A stretch of DNA of 64,000 bases, from the NCBI GenBank assembly GCA_965242925.1, contig CBDEUM010000004.1, positions 64,001-128,000 of the forward strand. Reading direction: 5' to 3'. Position numbers and translations under genes: made by a program. The DNA comes from Roseibacillus sp. (lineage in GTDB: Bacteria > Verrucomicrobiota > Verrucomicrobiia > Verrucomicrobiales > Akkermansiaceae). The notes beneath the pieces are model-generated. The model was not told the origin of the DNA. It ran no database searches and saw only the letters and a program-made list of their open reading frames with translations. This document shows positions 9,381 to 18,841 of the stretch, in pieces; the stretch's first letter is position 1, and each line of letters starts with the position of its first letter.

Positions 9381-10505
9381 ATGCGTGTTCTCATTGCCTG
9401 TGACAAGTTCAAGGGATCTCTGACCGCCACCGAGGCATGCGAGGCCATACGGGACGGGTTGAGGGAGGCGGGCTCTTCAGACGATCTGGTCGTTTGCCCC
9501 ATCGCCGATGGAGGAGAGGGATTCACCGAATCGATGGTAACAGCGTTGAATGGGCAGTGGCAGTCCTGCGAGTCTTTCGATGCGTTACACAATCCGGTGG
9601 AGGCGCGATACGGATTGCTGCCCGGTGCGTCTGGAGAACTGACAGCGGTCCTGGAGATGGCGGAGGCCAGCGGACTACGGCGCATTCCGGCGGAATCACG
9701 CGACGTGCTGCACTCCTCCACCTTCGGCACGGGCTCGATGATCCGTGGTGCGGTAAATCAGGGCGCCCGGCGGATTCTGATCGGGATCGGCGGCAGTGCC
9801 ACCAACGACGGTGGGGCGGGGATGCTGGCCGCCCTGGGGGTGAAATTCCTGGACGCCAGCGGGAAAGAATTGGATCCCGTGCCGGCCTCGCTGGTGAATT
9901 TGGCGACGGTGGATACCGCTGATCTGATTGATCTTCCTCCGATCGAGGTTGCCTGTGATGTGGAGAATCCCCTGCTGGGGCCAAATGGGGCCAGTGCGGT
10001 TTACGGACCCCAGAAGGGTGCGAGCGAGGAGGAAGTGGGGTTTCTGGAAGGAGCCTTGTCCCGCTTCGTGCAGGTGACGGGGACGGACGAGGCGGCTGAG
10101 ACTCCCGGGGCGGGGGCGGCAGGTGGGCTTGGCTTCGGGTTGATGTACTTTGCGGGGGCTCGCCTGCGGAACGGATTCAACATGGTGGCGGATGCCCTGG
10201 GGTTGCCCGCCCAGATGGCGGCGGCTGATTTCGTAGTGACGGGCGAGGGTTCTCTCGATGGACAAACCCTGCGGGGAAAGGCTCCCATGGGCCTTGCGCT
10301 CCTGGCCCGGGAACACGGGAAGAGGGTGGTTGCAATCGGGGGCCTGGTAGATCCCATCATGAAAGAGTGCCAGTGGTTTGATGCCACTTTCTCGCTGGAG
10401 TCGTTCGGCCTCGGCAAGGACGAGTGCATGTTCCGGGCTGAGGAACTGGTACGGAAGCTGGGGGGGGAGGTGGCCGGACTGCTCAGGCACTGGGAAGACG
10501 AGTAG
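9381..10505 (+). CDS. glxK: Glycerate kinase
   Basis: CDKFKGSL, PIADGGEG, GGSATNDGG, GAGAAGG, TGEGSLDGQT motifs. Confidence 0.95.
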   Translation: MRVLIACDKFKGSLTATEACEAIRDGLREAGSSDDLVVCPIADGGEGFTESMVTALNGQWQSCESFDALHNPVEARYGLLPGASGELTAVLEMAEASGLRRIPAESRDVLHSSTFGTGSMIRGAVNQGARRILIGIGGSATNDGGAGMLAALGVKFLDASGKELDPVPASLVNLATVDTADLIDLPPIEVACDVENPLLGPNGASAVYGPQKGASEEEVGFLEGALSRFVQVTGTDEAAETPGAGAAGGLGFGLMYFAGARLRNGFNMVADALGLPAQMAAADFVVTGEGSLDGQTLRGKAPMGLALLAREHGKRVVAIGGLVDPIMKECQWFDATFSLESFGLGKDECMFRAEELVRKLGGEVAGLLRHWEDE

Positions 10506-10556
10506 GTCGCCACTATGCACTGGATCTTTCGAAGTCAGTCCGTATGACCCGCGGGG

Positions 10557-11504
10557 ATGAGCACGAGGACGCACGAGGCGGTATTGTTGTTTGCGGGGCA
10601 GGGCGCGCAACGGGTCGGAATGGGCCGGGACCTGGTGGAGATCTTTCCGGCCGCCACCACAGCTTTCGGGAAGGCTGACGCGGTCCTGGGGCGCTCGCTG
10701 AGTTCGATTATCTTCGAGGGTCCCGAGGAAGGGCTCACCAAGACGGCCAATTGCCAGCCGGCCCTTTTCGTTCACGGGCTGGCCCTGTTGGACGTCCTGC
10801 GGGATGAAGTGCCCTCTCTCCAACCGGTGGCCGCGGCGGGGTTGTCTCTCGGGGAAATGACTGCTCACACCGCGGCGGGGACCTTTGACTTTGAGAACGG
10901 TCTCCGGCTGGTAGCCCAGCGCGGGGCATTCATGGACGAAGCCTGTGAGATCACCGATGGGGCGATGGCGGCCATGATTGGAGGTGAAGAAGAGGCGGTT
11001 CGCGGGCTGGCGGAGGATTGCGAGGTGGAGGTGGCCAATTTCAATGCCCCGGGACAAATCGTGCTCTCCGGGTCCAGCGAGGGAATAGATCGGGCCGTGA
11101 GCCTTGCCAAGGAACGGGGCATTCGGATGGGCCGCAAACTCAAGGTAGCCGGGGCCTATCATTCGCGCCTGATGGCGGGGGCCCAGGAGAAACTGGGGGA
11201 GGCCCTGGCTGGGACCGGGGTAGGAGTGCCACGAATTCCGGTGATATGTAATTATGCTGCTGAAGAAGTTAGCGACCCCGCTCGGATCCGGGAGACCCTG
11301 ACATCACAGGTGACCGGATCGGTGCGCTGGGAGGAATCGATACGCCTCCTCCTTGACCGGGGGCATCGCCTCTTCATCGAACTTGGTCCCGGCAAGGTGT
11401 TGACGGGATTAATGGGGCGGATCGACAGCGGGAAGACGGCGGAGGTCCTTGCCGTGGAGGACCGGGAAAGCCTTGAGTCCGCGGTGGCTCACTTGCGGGG
11501 TTGA
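10557..11504 (+). CDS. fabD: Malonyl-CoA:ACP transacylase
   Basis: FAGQGAQ, QPALF, GLSLGE, ANFNAPGQIVLSG, GAYHS, ELGPG. Confidence 0.97.
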   Translation: MSTRTHEAVLLFAGQGAQRVGMGRDLVEIFPAATTAFGKADAVLGRSLSSIIFEGPEEGLTKTANCQPALFVHGLALLDVLRDEVPSLQPVAAAGLSLGEMTAHTAAGTFDFENGLRLVAQRGAFMDEACEITDGAMAAMIGGEEEAVRGLAEDCEVEVANFNAPGQIVLSGSSEGIDRAVSLAKERGIRMGRKLKVAGAYHSRLMAGAQEKLGEALAGTGVGVPRIPVICNYAAEEVSDPARIRETLTSQVTGSVRWEESIRLLLDRGHRLFIELGPGKVLTGLMGRIDSGKTAEVLAVEDRESLESAVAHLRG

Positions 11505-11557
11505 GTGCCAGCGCCTTTCGGGCGGGGTCTCGGGGTCGGGTAATCCTGATTTTAGAT

Positions 11558-11594
11558 TTGCCTGCAGGAGCGAATCATCCTAGCTTGCGCGCCC
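11558..11594 (+). promoter_or_regulatory. Sigma70-type promoter of tRNA-Asp with GC-rich discriminator
   Basis: TTGCCT (11558)-17 nt-TAGCTT (11581), followed by GCGCGCCC; the -10 box ends 16 nt upstream of the tRNA. Confidence 0.6.
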
Positions 11595-11602
11595 ACTGAA
11601 GC

Positions 11603-11679
<77 letters not shown>

Positions 11680-11767
11680 GTTTTCCCACTTGGGGAAAGG
11701 CGCGCCCTCCTCGTATACACGGGCGTCGTATTTGCCTCAGACGAGCTGCAGTTCTCGTGGGCGGGAA

Positions 11768-12019
11768 TCAAGCCATTCCCGGCCGGGAGCTCCACCAGCC
11801 CAGGAGGAAGAGCACCAACCCGACCAGGACGAGCGGGCACCCGATGGTGGCAGGGAGGAGCGAGTTGCTGATATCCTCCGCCAGGGTCTTCGCGGAAACG
11901 GTCGCCTGTTCCTTGTAGGCTCCGATCATGTCCGCGGCAGTCATGGCCACGCCAACCATCCCGGCAAGCAGCAGGATGAGCCCGGTTCGTTTAAGGCGCC
12001 TGTTCTTCATGGACTCCAT
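11768..12019 (-). CDS. Small two-TM membrane protein resembling the MotA/TolQ/ExbB C-terminal half
   Basis: Two hydrophobic helices; LAEDISNSLLPATIG resembles the ExbB/TolQ 'LAxGISEALxxTAxG' segment. Confidence 0.5.
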   Translation of the reverse strand: MESMKNRRLKRTGLILLLAGMVGVAMTAADMIGAYKEQATVSAKTLAEDISNSLLPATIGCPLVLVGLVLFLLGWWSSRPGMA

Positions 12020-12259
12020 ATTAGGAAGATCAATGGAAGAGGCGATTACAATCGGGAGGCCGGATTGGAAGAGGTTGCGATCGATCTGTTGGTAACCGTG
12101 TGTGGGTTCCTGTGTCATTGATGGGAAAGGAGCGATGCGCGTCAATCCCGTCCGCTCCGCTGCTTCTCCTTGGTTTTGCAGGGGCTGTGATTGGAAGGCA
12201 CTACGTTCACTGCCAAGGTGACCAGTTTGACAGGTGCAGCTCCCGACCTACCCTTGGGC

Positions 12260-13060
12260 ATGCCCTGCTGTTTTAATGCCAGCACCATTCGGCCCGTTCC
12301 TTTGCTGGATAAGATCCGCATTGTCGGGGAGGCCGGTTATGGTGCCATTGAACTATGGCACGATGAGCTTGATGCCTGCCTTGCTGGTGGGGCTACGATG
12401 GCGGATGTGAGAAACGCTCTGTCCGATCAGGGCTTGATTGTGCCCACCACCATTTACCTTGCCGATTGGTTCGATGCCCCACCGGAGGAGTATCCCGTGG
12501 TGCTTGAGGAATGTAGACGGCGCATGGCGCAGGCGGCGGAACTGGGTGCGCCCTATGTCATTGCCAGTCCGCCAGCGGGCGAGGCCGATCATGACCTCGG
12601 CTCGGCGCGCTACCGTGAACTGCTGGAGATTGGCGCGACCATGGGGGTGAAGCCGTCCATGGAGTTCCTTGGGTTTGTGGATCAGTTCAACACGATTGAG
12701 GATGCGCTGGATGTGGTGGAACGCTGCGGTCATCCTGATGCTACGATCATCCTTGACCCCTACCACGTCTTTCGCGGTGGCGGTGCGATGGAGTCCATTC
12801 TGAAACTCAAGCCTGAACAGGTCGCCATCTCCCATTTCAATGATGCCCCTGCCACGCCGCCCCGGGAGGAACAGCATGACCACAACCGTGTGATGCCCGG
12901 GGAGGGGCATCTCGACCTCGCGCGCTACTGCGCCCTGCTCCGGGAAATCGGCTACGAGGGCTGGCTCTCGTTGGAATTATTCAATGAAACACACTGGGCC
13001 GAGGATCCTGCGGAGGTTGCCCGGATCGGGTTGGAAAAACTTCAGCAGTGGTGGGGATGA
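12260..13060 (+). CDS. Sugar phosphate isomerase/epimerase (xylose isomerase-like TIM barrel)
   Basis: AGYGAIELW, MEFLG, LDPYH, SHFND, RVMPGEG, GWLSLELF. Confidence 0.9.
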   Translation: MPCCFNASTIRPVPLLDKIRIVGEAGYGAIELWHDELDACLAGGATMADVRNALSDQGLIVPTTIYLADWFDAPPEEYPVVLEECRRRMAQAAELGAPYVIASPPAGEADHDLGSARYRELLEIGATMGVKPSMEFLGFVDQFNTIEDALDVVERCGHPDATIILDPYHVFRGGGAMESILKLKPEQVAISHFNDAPATPPREEQHDHNRVMPGEGHLDLARYCALLREIGYEGWLSLELFNETHWAEDPAEVARIGLEKLQQWWG

Positions 13061-13177
13061 GTTAACTGCGGAGAGGAATTAGGAGGCGCCAACTTTTGAG
13101 ACAAGAGGCCCCAGAGACGCAGGAGGGGAGATCCCATTTGCCACCCGAGTCCGGGAAGTGGTAGGACTTAAGGCGTT

Positions 13178-14667
13178 ATGAAGAGAGTGTTTTCATTGGC
13201 ATGCAGTGTTGTGGCAGCAGTGGGGATCTCGGTGTTGGTTGCCAGCTGTGGAAAGAAGGATGACCTGGAAAGCCAGCTGATCGGTTACTGGGAGCCAGAT
13301 GTGGAGTTGATTATCGAGCAGCAGAAGAGGGAAAATGAGGACCTCTTCAAGGAAATGAGCCCCGAGGAAGTGGCCAAGATGTTGGCCTCTGCCAGGGAGT
13401 CAGTGACTGAGCAGATTCCAACAATGCATATTTCCGGGAAGGGAACCATGGTGAGTATCGGGGGAGAAGAGTTCATGACCTATACGGTGACCTCGGTGGA
13501 CAAGGCGAGTAAGGCCCTCTCCGCGGAACTCGACAATGGAGGAGAAATAGCCCCGGCAGAAATCACGCTTGGGGACAGTAAATTCCAGATCTGGTGTCAA
13601 TGTGAGGAGTGCCTTGAGGGCGACAAAGATCTCTTTATGGCGTTTGTTCGTATCAAGAGGGAGGAATGGCAGGAACGAGTGCTGGCCCTAAAAGATGAAC
13701 AAGAAATCGATGGGTCTGAAGGAGAACCGGAGTTGGTATTGGGTGATGGATTGGAGGACAAACTCGCTCAGTCGGCATTAAAGGCCGCCATTGAGGAGCG
13801 TCAGGCAAAGAAGAAGGCCGTGACGGATGACGAGAATGCCAGCAATATGGGCGAAGTCCTGAGGGCGCTTCAGACCTACATCCACCGCTCGAGAAAGAAG
13901 GCTTTTCCTGCCACCCTGGAGGAGCTCGAACTTATCGATGTTGCCGGGAAAAGAAGTAAAATCCTGTTCATGCAGTGCGAGGATGGGAAGTCTCGGCCTT
14001 GGGCTTACGTTCCAGGGGTGGTGCCCGGGAAGGACGCAGAGAGGATCATCCTCCACAGTCCGAAGGCGGAGGCTGGAGAGCGGATGGTGGGCATGTCGGA
14101 CGGAAGTGTTAGAACCCTGTCCGAGACGGTATTCGAGGTGATGCTGGAGAAACAGGCCGCAGCGGCCGCGGCGGAGGCGGAAGGCGAAGAGGAGTCCGTT
14201 TCTGTCGGCCAGGTGGCCAAGCCCGATGAGCCTGGGTCCGATGAGCCTGGGTCCGATGAGCCTGGGTCCGATGAGCCTGGGTCCGATGAGCCTCCGATGA
14301 GCCTGGGTCCGATGAGCCTGGGTCCGATGAGCCTGGGTCCGATGAGCCTGGGTCCGATGAGCCTGGGTCCGATGAGCCTGGGTCCGATGAGCCTGGGTCC
14401 GATGAGCCTGGGTCCGATGAGCCTGGGTCCGATGAGCCTGATGAACCTGAGTCCGGGGAGGACTCAGAGTCACCCACGAAGGAGTCCCTTGTCGGGGTGT
14501 GGACCAACAAGTCTGGGAAGAAGGTTGAAGCCACGCTTCTGGAGGTAAAGGGCGATAAGGCTGTCCTCAAGATGGCCAACGGTAAGACCTACAACTACCC
14601 GATCGCCAATCTCGATGCCGAGAGCCAGAAAAGGGTGAGGGAGTTTGCTGCAGCGACAGAGGAGTAA
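13178..14667 (+). CDS. Multidomain lipoprotein (pilin-like domain, (DEPGS)n linker, C-terminal SHD1-like domain), frameshifted within the repeat
   Basis: Lipobox LVASC. The frame shifts at a truncated 11-nt repeat unit (14285-14295). The alternative frame continues DEPGS...VGVWTNKSGKKVEATLLEVKGDKAVLKMANGKTYNYPIANLDAESQKRV to TAA 14667. Confidence 0.75.
14225..14439 (+). repeat. 15-nt tandem array GATGAGCCTGGGTCC (DEPGS)
   Basis: 4 perfect units, one 11-nt unit, 9 perfect units and a partial unit. Confidence 0.97.
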
Positions 14668-14733
14668 TTCCCGGTCAGCAGGTGAAAAAAACATTCACCA
14701 ACCACCCCAGGGATCTGATACGACTCTGGCGTC

Positions 14734-15189
14734 ATGAAGAAGGCAGCAATCATCCTCTCGTTAGCGGGAATCCTGCTTCTTGTCGGCGGGTGTCAGACGG
14801 CGACCACTCCCGCGACCTCGATGCAGTTGCAGAAGTCCTACAAGGAGGAATTCGGGGCCGTGGTCAGTATCAGGAAGGTCACCTACAACGATTCCCCGGA
14901 TGATGGAGACGGAGTGGTCGGCGGCGTGATCGCAGGTGCTTTGATCGGTTCTGATGATGGCGCGGCCTTCGAGGGCGCAGTGATCGGCGGGTTACTGGGC
15001 GGACTGGGTGAGAAATTTGCGGGCAAGACCGCCTTTGAAATCCGGATCAGGAAGGACGGGGGCGAACTGGTCACCGTGCTCCAGCGGGCCCGGGGGATCC
15101 GGGATCTTCGTGCGGAGGACCGGATCCGGATCCTGACCGATCCCACGGGGGGCACGATCGTCGAGAAGATCCAGCCCCCGGCGTCTTAA
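14734..15189 (+). CDS. Glycine-zipper outer membrane lipoprotein (SlyB/Pcp-like)
   Basis: Lipobox VGGC; GGVIAGALIG...GAVIGGLLGGLG glycine zipper; C-terminal EIRIRKDGGELVTVLQ. Confidence 0.8.
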   Translation: MKKAAIILSLAGILLLVGGCQTATTPATSMQLQKSYKEEFGAVVSIRKVTYNDSPDDGDGVVGGVIAGALIGSDDGAAFEGAVIGGLLGGLGEKFAGKTAFEIRIRKDGGELVTVLQRARGIRDLRAEDRIRILTDPTGGTIVEKIQPPAS

Positions 15190-15416
15190 TCAGCCCTGTT
15201 CTGAATTGTTGAAGACGCTTCAGGGTCTTCTGTGCACGACGGTCTGAATCTGGATTCCCGGTAATTGCTCTCCACGATTCGCCTCAGGGTGCCGGTCTCC
15301 GCATGATGCCTGGCCGACATCATCCCCTCACTTGGAGAAGATGTGAGTCTCCAGCATTGAGAGAGCAGAGGCGAGGATGTCGCGGGTGAATCCGCGGGGA
15401 TCAGAGTAAGCCTGTT

Positions 15417-16271
15417 TCAGACCGGAACAAGCAAGTCGGGCAACTGCGCGAGGGTGGTGATCAGGGCATCGGGGGAGTGCAGGGCGGTCTGGTCAGAATG
15501 CAACCGCAGGGACCGATTGTCACCGGCGAAGAGGGCGGTGTGGAAGCCGAGTTCGGCGGCGGGGTGGATATCCTTGTGGGCGTCATTGCCGAGGTAAAGG
15601 GTTTCGGCAGGGGCGATGCCTCGTTGAGTCAGTCTTTCGTGGAGGATCCGGTAGAGAGCAAGTCCCGGTTTGGCGACGCCATGCCGGTAGGAAAAGAGAC
15701 AAAGGTCCTCCGCGAAACCCAGTTCTTCGAGATCCCGGTCCAGGAGGGCCGGGAAAAGGAGGGGGGTGTAGAACTGGGCATTGGAGACAATGCCGAGGGT
15801 CAGCCCCCTGCCGCGCAGAGTGGCCAGGGTTTCGGAGGCTCCTGGCATGGGCCAGACCTGGTTGGTGATGCACTCGCAGGCAAGGGCTGCATGTTCGAGT
15901 TCCGGTCCACGAGGCAGGTTCAGCAGTTCGCTCCAGAGATCACGGATTTCAATTTCGGGGTATCTGATGCCCCGGTCGCGGGCGGCTGCGTGTTCCCGGC
16001 TGACAAGGTCGTGGAGTCGGTCGGTGAGCGAACGGTTTCCGGAAGGGGACGTGATTCCGTGTTTTTTGAGGATGGCCCGGAGGGGATCTTTGCGGGGTGA
16101 CTCTGTCTGGGGGCGCTGGTCTCCGCAGGAGGAGATGAAGAGGGTGCCGTAGACGTCGAAGATAACAGCCCTGATGCCCGGGAAGCTGGGTAGGACCGGG
16201 TCACAGGAGGTGGGAACAGGTTTCATCTCCCGGGAGAGTTCCCGGATGATTTGAATGGCGGCAGAGTTCAT
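15417..16271 (-). CDS. HAD-superfamily phosphatase (putative MggB-like)
   Basis: IFDVYGTL motif I, VSNA, AKPG, YLGNDAHKDI; third gene of the gpgS operon. Confidence 0.85.
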   Translation of the reverse strand: MNSAAIQIIRELSREMKPVPTSCDPVLPSFPGIRAVIFDVYGTLFISSCGDQRPQTESPRKDPLRAILKKHGITSPSGNRSLTDRLHDLVSREHAAARDRGIRYPEIEIRDLWSELLNLPRGPELEHAALACECITNQVWPMPGASETLATLRGRGLTLGIVSNAQFYTPLLFPALLDRDLEELGFAEDLCLFSYRHGVAKPGLALYRILHERLTQRGIAPAETLYLGNDAHKDIHPAAELGFHTALFAGDNRSLRLHSDQTALHSPDALITTLAQLPDLLVPV

Positions 16272-16273
16272 CT

Positions 16274-17731
16274 TCAGGATCGCAGGAAGTGAAAGCGCTC
16301 CGGCTTGAGAAACTGTCCAAGGACCGCCCGCCGGTTGAGCCAGGTGGGGGTTTCCGGGGTCGCGGCGGCGAGTTCACGGTAGAGGTCCTGATGCGCTTCG
16401 GCGTAGCGGGTAACGGAATAGGGTTTGAGAGCTTCGGGGGCGGCAGGGGGGACATGATGTTCCAATGCGGCGGCCAGCCACTCGGGGGCGGGCACGGAGA
16501 AGCCGCCGCTGTTGATCAGGAGATCTCCGGGGGAGACGAGGGCACGGGGAAAGATTTCCAGTTGCAGTTCCTCGGGGAGATTTCCGAAGTCGAGAAACTT
16601 GCCCCGGTCAAGTGTCGCAAGAGTTTCGGTCACGATGCGGTCGGGAAGTGATTCTCCACAGGAGTGATACAGGCGGAGGAGGTGATCGCGAAGGAGGGTG
16701 CGCAGGTGGTTTTCGTTCACCCAGGTGCGCGGGATCAGGATCTCCTGATAGAGAGCTCCGAGGCTCACGTCGTCGGGCACGAAGCGGGAGGTGATTTCAG
16801 GCAGATTACGTCCCAGGAGAGGTTTCCCCAGGGCCAGAGATTCAAGAAAGGTGAGTCCGAAGCCTTCCGCGATGGAGGTGGTGACGAGATGGGTGGAATG
16901 GGACAGCCAGCTCGCGTAGGAGGAATCCATCTTATCGCTGGGCGATGAGCGCCCTACGACCCCCATCCTGATGGGGAGATGGTATTGCTTTGCCGCCCGG
17001 GTCCATTGATCATAGATCGGATGCCAGGTGGGATTGTCTGGCGGGAGGGCCAGGGCGAAGGAGGTTCCGGGAGGCGCAAGGGCGGAGAGGAGACAGAACT
17101 CCCCGAGATTCTTGCGGCGAATTCCCCGCACGGCATAAAAGACAAAGGGGGCACCAGGCTCACGGGTTGTGCGGGGGAATTCTGTCGGTGCTTGGATGGC
17201 ATTAGGAAGCAGCGAGATCTGTTCCGGTGGGACTCCGGAGGCCAGCAGGATGGCCTGATCGCGCGGGTTGAGAGTCAGGTAGCGGATCTGTGGGGCGAGG
17301 GGATAGAGATGCTCGTGGGTGACCAGATTTTCGTAATTCTCCGGTCGCCCATCCTCTGCAAGGTCATGGAGATGGAGGACGAGAGGCACGCGACTTCCGG
17401 CCAGTTCGGCAACGAGTCCGGGGAAAAGAGCATTTTTCCCCAGGGTCGGGTTGTGGAGATGCCAGCACGCCGGTTCGGAATTGAGGGCCTGACCGGCAGC
17501 CTGTCGCAGTCCGCTGAAGAGTTGCGAGCTGTCTGCTCCCTCCCGTCCATAGTCCTGGTGGTAGTCCAGGGAGGGAACGACGGTCACCGGAAGCCGGGCC
17601 GATCCTTCGTATGCGGTGCCCGACAGGATGACGTGCGCGATCCCGGCTCGTGAGAGAGCTTCCGACTGTGCTTCGATCACCCGCGTCACCCCACCAGGAC
17701 GCAGGTGGTAGTGAATGAGAGCAACGGACAT
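16274..17731 (-). CDS. GT-B glycosyltransferase (putative MggA-like)
   Basis: HYHLRPGGVTRVI N-terminus, RRKNLGE, TTSIAEGFGLTFLES (EX7E motif). Confidence 0.85.
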   Translation of the reverse strand: MSVALIHYHLRPGGVTRVIEAQSEALSRAGIAHVILSGTAYEGSARLPVTVVPSLDYHQDYGREGADSSQLFSGLRQAAGQALNSEPACWHLHNPTLGKNALFPGLVAELAGSRVPLVLHLHDLAEDGRPENYENLVTHEHLYPLAPQIRYLTLNPRDQAILLASGVPPEQISLLPNAIQAPTEFPRTTREPGAPFVFYAVRGIRRKNLGEFCLLSALAPPGTSFALALPPDNPTWHPIYDQWTRAAKQYHLPIRMGVVGRSSPSDKMDSSYASWLSHSTHLVTTSIAEGFGLTFLESLALGKPLLGRNLPEITSRFVPDDVSLGALYQEILIPRTWVNENHLRTLLRDHLLRLYHSCGESLPDRIVTETLATLDRGKFLDFGNLPEELQLEIFPRALVSPGDLLINSGGFSVPAPEWLAAALEHHVPPAAPEALKPYSVTRYAEAHQDLYRELAAATPETPTWLNRRAVLGQFLKPERFHFLRS

Positions 17732-17755
17732 GGTCAGATAAACCTCCTTTCCATT

Positions 17756-18793
17756 CTACCGGGAACCCGGTCCGGGAAGGTCGAGGGAAGGATCTCCGGG
17801 CTGGACCTGTTCATCCCGGGGGGAGGCTCGGAGAGGAAATTTCAGGCGGTAATCCGGGAGGTTGATAAGAGGCGGGCGTTCTTCTTCCACGAGTTCGGTG
17901 GTGACTTCCTGATAGTGGGCTCCGCTGATTTCCAGAGCCCGGTAGATGTTGGAGATCTCAGCGGCGACGGCGACCTTGCCATCCTTGTGGAGCCGGCTGA
18001 GGAAAGACTGGAGAATCCCGAAGGACATCCTTCCGAGGGCGGCGGTGGATTGGTTGCGATGCACTCTTCGTTCGAGATTAACCTGTGCGAATGCGCCCAT
18101 GCCCCAGTGAGTGTAAACATCCAGAATGTGCGAGGTCTCCACGCCATAACCAATCGGGAAGGGGATCCTCTCAAGGAGGTTGCGGCGGACGGCATACTCA
18201 CCGGAAAGAGGTTGGAAGAGCTGGGTCAGTTCCGGATAGAAGAGTGAAAAGAGCGGGCGGACGAGGATCTCGGTGACCCGGCCCCCGCCGCTGTTCCGGA
18301 TGTCCCCGGCAGGTTGGACGATCGGGCGTTCGTAGAAGGCCTTCACGTAGCCTATGTCCTCATTCCGGATCAGGGGGGCGATAAGTCCGTAGACAAAGCG
18401 CGGGTGGATGTTGGCGATGTCGGCATCCACGTAGCAGATGATGTCGCCCTGGAGCTGGTAGACCGCCTTCCAGAGGTTTTCACCCTTGCCGCGGTTGAAG
18501 CCATGGGAAGGGAGGATGTCGGCGGAGTGGTAGAAGTCGGCACCGTAGGAGGTGGCGATTTCCGCCGTGCGATCGGTCGAACCGGAATCAATGACGGCCA
18601 ACTCGTCAACGAGCGGGAAGCGATCCATGAGCTCGCTCTTGAGGACCACGATTACCTTCCCGATGGTTGTTTCCTCGTTAAGAGTGGGTATGCAGAGCGA
18701 GATGCGCAGGCCGGATCTCTCCTTGGCCCGGCACAGGATTTCCAGATCAGCGAATTCCTGGTGATGGAAAGTGTGAGACTTCAGCCAGGACAC
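17756..18793 (-). CDS. gpgS: Glucosyl-3-phosphoglycerate synthase
   Basis: CIPTLNEE, IDSGSTD, GKGENLWK, YVDAD, GYVKAFYERP, GGRVTE, QPLSGEYA, YGVE, HRNQ. Confidence 0.92.
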   Translation of the reverse strand: MSWLKSHTFHHQEFADLEILCRAKERSGLRISLCIPTLNEETTIGKVIVVLKSELMDRFPLVDELAVIDSGSTDRTAEIATSYGADFYHSADILPSHGFNRGKGENLWKAVYQLQGDIICYVDADIANIHPRFVYGLIAPLIRNEDIGYVKAFYERPIVQPAGDIRNSGGGRVTEILVRPLFSLFYPELTQLFQPLSGEYAVRRNLLERIPFPIGYGVETSHILDVYTHWGMGAFAQVNLERRVHRNQSTAALGRMSFGILQSFLSRLHKDGKVAVAAEISNIYRALEISGAHYQEVTTELVEEERPPLINLPDYRLKFPLRASPRDEQVQPGDPSLDLPGPGSR

Positions 18794-18841
18794 GGGCAGT
18801 GGGGAGGAAGGCGCAGGCCGGCGGTCCTGGGCGGGATCACG

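Noticed and set aside
9696..11162. Long antisense ORFs (also 46313-47596, 56323-57564, 30008-31177, 54584-55651)
   Set aside because: Shadow ORFs opposite well-supported genes, expected in high-GC DNA, with no recognisable motifs.
11680..12260. Genomic island at tRNA-Asp
   Set aside because: No integrase, no duplicated tRNA 3' end and no obvious composition shift.
14225..14439. Tandem array as a CRISPR array
   Set aside because: Head-to-tail 15-nt units with no spacers, inside a coding gene, and no cas genes nearby.
15197..15324. Short minus-strand reading with GTLRRI, reminiscent of HicA toxins
   Set aside because: Only ~45 codons, no other HicA features and no antitoxin neighbour.
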